From contig NC_134479.1 in assembly GCF_964194025.1 (NCBI RefSeq), positions 40,858,001 to 40,922,000 of the forward strand: a stretch of DNA of 64,000 bases. Direction: 5' to 3'. Position numbers and translations under genes: made by a program. The notes beneath the pieces are model-generated. The model was not told the DNA's origin. It made no database searches and saw nothing but the letters and a program-made list of their open reading frames with translations. How positions within the stretch are numbered: the stretch's first letter is position 1; every line of letters starts with the position of its first letter. This document shows, piece after piece, positions 54,101 to 64,000 of the stretch. This DNA comes from Convolutriloba macropyga (lineage: Eukaryota).

Positions 54101-57100
54101 TTTTACCCCTTGGCAGCCGAACTCTTAAATCATTTTACTCCCTCTGAAGAAATTACCCCTCACTCTTCCACCATTTTACCCCCCTTGGCAGCCCAACTTT
54201 TACCTCACTTTACCCCCTCTGGACAAATTACCCCCTCACTCTTACACCATTATATATCCCCTTTGCAGCTCAATTTTTAGCTCATTTCAACACCCCCTGG
54301 ACAATTTACCCCCTCACTCTTACACCTTTTTACCCCCCTTGGCAGCCCAACTCTTACGTCATTTTACCACTTCTGAACAAATTATCCCCTCACTCTTACA
54401 CCATTTTACCTCCCTTGGCAGCCCAACTCTTACATAATTTTACCCCCTCTGAACAAATTATCCCCTCACTCTTACTCCAATTTACCCCCTTGCCTGCTCA
54501 ACTCTCATCTCATTTTACCCCCCTCTGGACAAACTAACCCCTCACTGTTAAACCGTTTTACACCCCTTGGCAGCCAACTCTTACCTCATTTTACCCCCTC
54601 TGAACAAATAACCCCCTCTCCCTTACAGCATTTTACCCCCCTGGCAGCCCAACTCTTACATCATTTTACCCCCTCTGAATAAATTGCCCCCTCACTCTTA
54701 CACCAATTTACCCCCCCTCCCCCCCTGGCAGCTCAACTCTCATTTCACTTTACGCCCCTCTGGACAAATTACCCCCTCACTCTTACACCATTTTACCCAC
54801 CTTGGCAGCCCAACTCTTACATAATTTTACCCCCTCTGAAGAAATTACCCCTCACTCTTCCACCATTTTACACCCCTTGGCAGCCCAACTTTTACATCAT
54901 TTTACCCCTTCTGGACAAATTACCCCCTCACTCTTACACCATTATATATCCCCTTGGCAGCTCATTTTTTAGCTCATTTCAACACCCTCTGGCCAAATTA
55001 TCCCCTAACTCTTACACCATTTTACCCCCTTGGCAGCCAAACTCTTACATCTTTTTACCCCCTATATTCAAGTTACACCCTCACTCTTACACCATTTTAC
55101 CCCTTGGCAGCCAAACTCTTAAATCATTTTACTCCCTCTGAAGAAATTTCCCCCTCACTCTTCCACCCTTTTACCCCCCTTGGCAGCCCAACTTTTACCT
55201 CATTTTACGCCCTCTGGACAAATTTACCCTCACTCTTACACCATTTTACCCCCCTTGGCGGCTCATTTCTTAGCTCAATTCAACACCCTCTGGACAAATT
55301 ACTCCCTCACTCTTACACCATTTTACCCCTTTGGCAGCCCACTCTTAAATGGCAATTACAGTCAGGGGGTAATTCCTCAAAAGTCCTCCCATTGAAGCCT
55401 ATTGCAGGCCACTCTTACATGGCAATTTCAGTCAGGGGGTAATTCCTGAAAAGTCCTCCTGTTGCAGCCCAATCTTACAAGGCAATTTTATTCAGGGGAT
55501 TAATTCCTGAAAAGTCCTCCCGTTGAAGTCCATTGTAGCTCACTCTTAAATGGCAATATCAGTCAGGGGGTAATTCCTGAAAACTCCTCCCATGCAGCCC
55601 ATGAAGCCCACTCTTACATGGCAATTTTAGTCAGGGGGTAATTTTTCAAAAGTCCTCCCATTGCAGCCCGTTGCAGCCCACTCCTACTTGGCAATTTCAA
55701 TCAGGGGGTAATTCCTCATAAGTGCTCCCATTGCAGCCCATTGCAGCCCACTCTTACATGGCAATATCAGTCGGGGGGGGGGGGGTAATTCCTCAAATGT
55801 CTTCCCATTGCAGCCCAACTGTTACATCATTTTACCCCTTCTGAGAAAATTACCCCCACACTCTTAAAACATTTTTACATCCCTTGGCAGTCCAACACTT
55901 ACATCATTTTACCCCCTGAACAAAGTATCCCTCACTCTTACACATTTTTACGCCCCTTGGCAGCCAAACTCTTAGACCATTTTTCCCCTCTGAAGAAATT
56001 ACCCCATAACTCTTACACCATTTTACCCCCCTTGGCAGACCACCTCCTACCTCATTTTAACCCCTCTGGACAAATTACACCCTCACTCTTACACCATTTT
56101 ACCCCCCTTGGCAGCCCAACCCTTACACCATTTTACCCCCACTGTACAAATTACCCCCTCACTCTTACAACAATTTTACCCCCCTTGGCAGTCCAACTCT
56201 TACATCATTTTAACCCTCTGAACAAAGTATCCCTCACTCTTACACATTTTTACGCCCCTTGGCAGTCGAACTCTTAGACTTTTTTTCCCCTCTGAAGAAA
56301 TTACCCCCTAACTCTTACACCATTTTACCCCCCTTGGCAGACCACCTCCTACCTCATTTTACCACCTCTGGACAAATTACACCCTAACTCTTACACCATT
56401 TTACCCCCCTTGGCAGCCCAACCCTTACATCATTTTACCCCCACTGTACAAATTACCCCCTCACTCCTACAACATTTTACCCCCCTTGGCAGCCCAACTC
56501 TTAAATCATTTTACTCCCTCTGAAAAAATTTCCCCCTCACTCTTCCACCCTTTTACTCCCCTTGGCAGCCCAACTTTTACCTCATTTTACGCCCTCTGGA
56601 AAAATTACCCCCTCACTCTTACACCATTTTACCCCCCTTGGCGGCTCATTTCTAAGCTCATTTCAACACCCTCTGGACAAATTACACCCTAAATCTTACA
56701 CCATTTTACACCCTTGGCAGCCCAACCCTTACATCATCTTACCCCCACTGTACAAATTACCCCCTCACTCCTACAACATTTTACCCCCCTTGGCAGCCCA
56801 ACTCTTAAATCATTTTACTCCCTCTGAAGAAATTTCCCCCTCACTCTTCCACCCTTTTACCCCCCTTGGCAGCCCAACTTTTACCTCATTTTACCCCCAC
56901 TGGACAAATTACTCCCTCACTCTTACACCACTTTACCCCTTTGGCAGCCCACTCTTAAATGGCAATTACAGTCAGGGGTGTAACTCCTCAAAAGTCCTCC
57001 CATTGAAGCCTATTGCAGGCCACTCTTACATGGCAATTTCAGTCAGGGTGTAATTCCTGAAAAGTCCTCCTATTGCAGCCCACTCTTACATGGCAATTTT

Positions 57101-60100
57101 ATTCAGGGGGTTAATTCCTGAAAAGTCCTCCCGTTGAAGTCCATTGTAGTTCACTCTTAAATGGCAATTTCAGTCAGGCGGTAGTTCTTGAAAACTCCTT
57201 CCATGCAGCCCATTGAAGCCCACTCTTACATGGCAATTTTAGTCAGGGGGTAATTCCTCAAAAGTCCTCCCATTGCAGCCCGTTGCAGCCCACTCCTACA
57301 TGGCAATTTCAGTCAGGTGTAATTCCTCATAAGTCCTCCCATTGCAGCCCATTGCAGCCCACTCTTACATGGCAATCTCAGTCAGGGGGTAATTCCTCAA
57401 ATGTCCTCCCATTGCAGCCCAACTGTTATATCATTTTACCCCTTCTGAAAAAATTACCCCCACACTCTTAAAACATTTTTATCTCCCTTGGCAGTCCATT
57501 TCTTACATCATCTTACCCCCTCTGAACAAAGTATCCCTCACTCTTACACATTTTTACGCCCCTTGGCAGCCGAACTCTTAGACCATTTTCCCCTCTGAAG
57601 AAATTACCCCCTAACTCTTACACCATTTTACCCCCCTTGGCAGCCCAACCCTTACACCATTTTACCCCCACTGTACAAAATACACCCTCACTCTTACAAC
57701 ATTTTTACCCCCCTTGGCAGCCCAACTATTAAATCATTTTAACCCTCTGAACAAAGTATCCCTCACTCTTACACATTTTTACGCCCATAGGCAGTCGAAC
57801 TCTTAGAGTTTTTTCCCCTCTGAAGCAATTACCCCCTAACTCTTACAACATTTTACCCCCCTTGGCAGACCACCTCCTACCTCATTTTACCACCTCTGGA
57901 CAAATTACACCCTCACTCTTACACCATTTTACACCCCTTGGCAGCCCAACCCTTACATCATTTTACCCCCACTGTACAAATTACCCCCTCAATCCCACAA
58001 CTTTTTTACCCCCCTTAGCAGCCCAACTCTTACATCATTTTAACCCTCTGAACAAAGTATCCCTCACTCTTACACATTTTTACGCCCATAGGCAGTCGAA
58101 CTCTTAGACTTTTTTTCCCCTCTGAAGAAATTACCCCCTAACTCTTACACTATTTTACCCCCTTGGCAGACCACCTCCTACCTCATTCTACCACCTCTGG
58201 ACAAATTACACCCTCACTCTTACACCATTTTACCCGCCTTTGGCAGCCCAACCCTTACATCATTTTACCCCCACTGTACAAATTACCCCCTCACTCCTAC
58301 AACATTTTTACCCCCCTTAGCAGCCCAACTCTTACATCATTTTACCCCCTCTGAACAAAGTATCCCTCACTCTTACACATTTTTATGCCCCTTGGCAGCC
58401 GAACTCCTAGACCATTATGCCCCTCTGAAGAAATTACCCCTAACTCTTACACCATTTTACCCCCCTTGGCAGACCAACTCCTACCTCATTTTACCCCCTC
58501 TGGACAAATTACAACCCCACTCTTACACCGTTTTACCCACCTTTGCAGCCCAACCCTTACATCATTTTACCCAACTGTACAAATTACCCACTCACTCTTA
58601 CACCATTTTACCCCCCTTGGCCGCAAAAACTCTTGCATCATTTTGCCCCCTCTGAACAAATTACCCCCTCACTCTTACACCATTTTACCCCCCTTGGCAG
58701 ATCAACTCCTAGCTCAATCTACCCCCCTGGACAAATTACACCCTCACTCTTACACCATTTCACCCTCCTTGGCGGCTCATTTATTAGCTCATTTCAACAC
58801 CCTCTGGACAAATTACTCCCTCAATCTTACACCATTTTACCCCTTTGGCAGCCCACTCTTAAATGGCAATTAAAGTCAGGGGGGGGGGGAATTCCTCAAA
58901 AGTCCTCCCATTGAAGCCTAATGCAGCCCACTCTTACATGACAATTTCAGTCAGGGGGTAAATCCTCAAATGTCCTCCCATTGCAGCCCAACTCTCACAT
59001 CATTTTACCCCTTCTGAAAAAATTAACCCCACACTCTTACAACATTTTAGACCCCTTGGCAGTCCAACTCTTACATCATTTTACGCCCTCTGAACAAAGT
59101 ATCCCTCACTCTTACACACTTTTACGCCCCTTGGCAGCCAAACTCTTAGATCATTTTTCCCCTCTGAAGAAATTACCCCCTAACTCTTACACCATTTTAC
59201 CCCCCTTGGCAGACCACCTCCTACCTCATTTTACCACCTCTGGACAAATTACACCCTCACTCTTACACCATTTTACCCCCCTTGGCAGCCCAACCCTTAC
59301 ATCATTTTACCCCCACTGTACAAATTACCCCCTCACTCTTACAACATTTTCCCCCCTTGGCACCCCAACTCTTACATCATTTTACCCCCTCTGAACAAAA
59401 TATCCCTCACTCTTACACATTTTTACGCCCCTTGGCAGCCAATCTCTTAAATCATTTTACTCCCTCTGAAGAAATTACCCCCTCACTCTTCCACCCCTTT
59501 ACCCCTCTTGGCAGCCCAACTTTTACCTCATTTTACGCCCACTGTACAAATTACCCCCTCACTCCTACAACATTTTTACCCCCCCCCCCCTTAGCAGCCC
59601 AACTCTTACATCATTTTACCCCCTCTGAACAAAGTATCCCTCACTCTTACACATTTTTACGCCCCTTGGCAGCCGAACTCCTAGACCATTATGCCCCTCT
59701 GAAGAAATTACCCCTAACTCTTACACCATTTTACCCCCCTTGGCAGACCAACTCCTACCTCATTTTACCCCCTCTGGACAAATTACACCCCCACTCTTAC
59801 ACCGTTTTACCCACCTTTGCAGCCCAACCCTTACATCATTTTACCCCAACTGTACAAATTACCGCCTCACTCTTACACCATTTTACCCCCCTTGGCCGCA
59901 AAAACTCTTGCATCATTTTGCCCCCTCTGAACAAATAACCCCCTCACTCTTACACCATTTTATCCCCTTGGCAGATCAACTCCTAGCTCAATCTACCCCC
60001 CTGGACAAATTACACCCTCACTCTTACACCATTTCACCCTCCTTGGCGGCTCATTTATTAGCTCATTTCAACACCCTCTGGACAAATTACTTCCTCACTC

Positions 60101-63100
60101 TTACACCATTTTACCCCTTTGGCAGCCCACTCTTAAATGGCAATTAAAGTCAGGGGGGGGGGAATTCCTCAAAAGTCCTCCCATTGAAGCCTAATGTAGC
60201 CCACTCTTACATGACAATTTCAGTCAGGGGGTAAATCCTGAAAAGTCCTCCCATTGCAGCCCACTCTTACATGGCAATTTTAGTCAGGGGGTAATTTTTC
60301 AAAAGTCCTCCCATTGCAGCCCATTGCAGCCCACTCCTACATGGCAATTTCAGTCAGGTAGTAATTCCTCATAAGTCCTCCCGTTGCAGCCCATTGCAGC
60401 CCACTCTTACATGGCAATTTCAGTCAGGGGGGTAATTCCTCAAATGTCCTCCCATTGCAGCCCAACTCTTACATCATTTTACCCCTTCTGAACAAATTAA
60501 CCCCACACTCTTACACCATTTTACCCCCCTTGGCAGACCACCTCCTACCTCATTTTACTACCTCTGGACAAATTACACCCTCACTCTTACACCATTTTAC
60601 CCCCCTTGGCAGTCCAACTCTTACATCATTTTACCCCCACTGTACAAATTACCCCCTCACTCTTACAACACTTTCCCCCCTTGGCAGCCCAACTCTTACA
60701 TCATTTTACCCCCTCTGAACAAAATATCCCTCACTCTTACACATTTTTACGCCCCTTGGCAGACAATCTCTTAAATCATTTTACTCCCTCTGAAGAAATT
60801 ACCCCCTCACTCTTCCACCCCTTTACCCCTCTTGGCAGCCCAACTTTTACCTCATTTTACGCCCTCTGGACAAATTACCCCCTCACTCTTACACCATTTT
60901 ACCCCCGTTGGCGGCTCATTTCTTAGCTCATTTCAAAACCCTCTGGACAAATTACTCCCTCACTCTTACACCATTTTAAACCTTTGGCAGCCCAAACCTT
61001 ACATCATTTTACCCCCACTGTACAAATTACCCCCTCACTCCTACAACATTTTTACCCCCCTTAGCAGCCCAACTCTTACATCATTTTACCCCCTCTGAAC
61101 AAAGTATCCCTCACTCTTACACATTTTTACGCCCCTTGGCAGCCGAACTCCTAGACCATTATGCCCCTCTGAAGAAATTACCCCTAACTCTTACACCATT
61201 TTACCCCCCTTGGCAGACCAACTCCTACCTCATTTTACCCCCTCTGGACAAGTTACACCCCCACTCTTACACCGTTTTACCCAACTTTGCAGCCCAACCC
61301 TTACATCATTTTACCCCAACTGTACAAATTACCCCCTCACTCTTACACCATTTTACCCCCCTTTGCCGCGAAAACTCTTGCATCATTTTGCCCCCTCTGA
61401 ACAAATAACCCCCTCACTCTTACACCATTTTACCCCCCTTGGCAGATCAACTCCTAGCTCAATCTACCCCCCTGGACAAATTACACCCTCACTCTTACAC
61501 CATTTCACCCTCCTTGGCGGCTCATTTATTAGCTCATTTCAACACCCTCTGGACAAATTACTCCCTCACTCTTACACCATTTTACCCCTTTCGCAGCCCA
61601 CTCTTAAATGGCAATTAAAGTCAGGGGGGGGAATTCCTCAAAAGTCCTCCCATTGAAGCCTAATGCAGCCCACTCTTACATGACAAATTCAGTCAGGGGG
61701 TAAATCCTGAAAAGTCCTCCCATTGCAGCCCACTCTTACATGGCAATTTTAGTCAGGGGGTAATTTTTCAAAAGTCCTCCCATTGCAGCCCATTGCAGCC
61801 CACTCCTACATGGCAATTTCAGTCAGGTAGTAATTCCTCATAAGTCCTCCCGTTGCAGCCCATTGCAGCCCACTCTTACAAGGCAATTTCAGTCAGGGGG
61901 GTAATTCCTCAAATGTCCTCCCATTGCAGCCCAACTCTTACATCTTTTTACCCCTTCTGAACAAATTAACCCCACACTCTTACAACATTTTAGACCCCTT
62001 AGCAGCCCAACTCTTACATCATTTTACCCCCTCTGAACAAAGTATCCCTCACTCTTACACATTTTTATGCCCCTTGGCAGCCGAACTCCTAGACCATTAT
62101 GCCCCTCTGAAGAAATTACCCCTAACTCTTACACCATTTTACCCCCCTTGGCAGACCAACTCCTACCTCATTTTACCCCCTCTGGACAAATTACAACCCC
62201 ACTCTTACACCGTTTTACCCACCTTTGCAGCCCAACCCTTACATCATTTTACCCAACTGTACAAATTACCCACTCACTCTTACACCATTTTACCCCCCTT
62301 GGCCGCAAAAACTCTTGCATCATTTTGCCCCCCCTGGACAAATTACACCCTCACTCTTACACCATTTCACCCTCCTTGGCGGCTCATTTATTAGCTCATT
62401 TCAACACCCTCTGGACAAATTACTCCCTCAATCTTACACCATTTTACCCCTTTGGCAGCCCACTCTTAAATGGCAATTAAAGTCAGGGGGGGGGGGGAAT
62501 TCCTCAAAAGTCCTCCCATTGAAGCCTAATGCAGCCCACTCTTACATGACAATTTCAGTCAGGGGGTAAATCCTCAAATGTCCTCCCATTGCAGCCCAAC
62601 TCTCACATCATTTTACCCCTTCTGAACAAATTAACCCCACACTCTTACAACATTTTAGACCCCTTGGCAGTCCAACTCTTACATCATTTTACGCCCTCTG
62701 AACAAAGTATCCCTCACTCTTACACACTTTTACGCCCCTTGGCAGCCAAACTCTTAGACCATTATGCCCCTCTGAAGAAATTACCCCTAACTCTTACACC
62801 ATTTTACCCCCCTTGGCAGACCAACTCCTACCTCATTTTACCCCCTCTGGACAAATTACAACCCCACTCTTACACCGTTTTACCCACCTTTGCAGCCCAA
62901 CCCTTACATCATTTTACCCAACTGTACAAATTACCCACTCACTCTTACACCATTTTACCCCCCTTGGCCGCAAAAACTCTTGCATCATTTTGCCCCCTCT
63001 GAACAAATTACCCCCTCACTCTTACACCATTTTACCCCCCTTGGCAGTCCAACTCTTACATCATTTTACCCCCTCTGAACAAAGTATCCCTCACTCTTAC

Positions 63101-64000
63101 ACATTTTTATGCCCCTTGGCAGCCGAACTCCTAGACCATTATGCCCCTCTGAAGAAATTACCCCTAACTCTTACACCATTTTACCCCCCTTGGCAGACCA
63201 ACTGCTACCTCATTTTACCCCCTCTGGACAAATTACAACCCCACTCTTACACCGTTTTACCCACCTTTGCAGCCCAACCCTTACATCATTTTACCCAACT
63301 GTACAAATTACCCACTCACTCTTACACCATTTTACCCCCCTTGGCCGCAAAAACTCTTGCATCATTTTGCCCCCCCTGGACAAATTACACCCTCACTCTT
63401 ACACCATTTCACCCTCCTTGGCGGCTCATTTATTAGCTCATTTCAACACCCTCTGGACAAATTACTCCCTCAATCTTACACCATTTTACCCCTTTGGCAG
63501 CCCACTCTTAAATGGCAATTAAAGTCAGGGGGGGGGAATTCCTCAAAAGTCCTCCCATTGAAGCCTAATGCAGCCCACTCTTACATGACAATTTCAGTCA
63601 GGGGGTAAATCCTCAAATGTCCTCCCATTGCAGCCCAACTCTCACATCATTTTACCCCTTCTGAACAAATTAACCCCACACTCTTACAACATTTTAGACC
63701 CCTTGGCAGTCCAACTCTTACATCATTTTACGCCCTCTGAACAAAGTATCCCTCACTCTTACACACTTTTACGCCCCTTGGCAGCCAAACTCTTAGATCA
63801 TTTTTCCCCTCTGAAGAAATTACCCCCTAACTCTTACACCATTTTACCCCCCTTGGCAGACCACCTCCTACCTCATTTTACCCCCTCTGGACAAATTACA
63901 CCCTCACTCTTACACCATTTTCCCCCCTTGGCAGCCCAACCCTTACATCATTTTACCCCCACTGTACAAATTACCCCCTCACTCTTACAACATTTCCCCC
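51165..64000. repeat. Satellite array: ~76-bp C-rich monomer with higher-order repeats and interspersed 60-71-bp type-B blocks
   Basis: Consensus ttggcagcccaactcttacatcattttaccccc-tctgaacaaattaccccctcactcttacaccattttacccccc. Runs off the window end. Confidence 0.98.

Noticed and set aside
51118-63608. Dozens of Pro/Leu/His-rich ORFs
   Set aside because: Translations of the satellite in all three frames, broken by homopolymer indels; not genes.
48345-64000. CRISPR-like repeat periodicity
   Set aside because: No unique spacers and no cas genes; eukaryotic satellite.

Overview
AT-rich, repeat-dense eukaryotic DNA, most likely an invertebrate animal, with spliceosomal introns and two assembly gaps. 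Three host genes can be supported. (1) A spliced + strand ARM-repeat/TIR protein (about 16.6-24.7 kb). Its TIR keeps the NADase-type catalytic Glu motif, and no SAM domains are visible. (2) DIMT1 (- strand, 3 exons, 320 aa). (3) A LACTB-like serine beta-lactamase (- strand, 4 exons, 479 aa) ending about 435 bp upstream of DIMT1 on the same strand. The rest is mobile or repetitive DNA: a tandemly duplicated, truncated BEL/Pao LTR-retrotransposon unit (about 4.5 kb) with a templated junction insertion; a CACTA/CMC-like non-autonomous TIR element; several foldback MITEs; a CR1/L2-type LINE with an SGNH-esterase ORF1 inside the ARM-TIR intron; a 1.76 kb tandem duplication; decayed Maverick/Polinton ATPase and integrase genes, duplicated; and more than 12.8 kb of a C-rich satellite (monomer about 76 bp) with higher-order repeats and an interleaved second monomer type. 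All calls come from manual motif reading, with no database searches.
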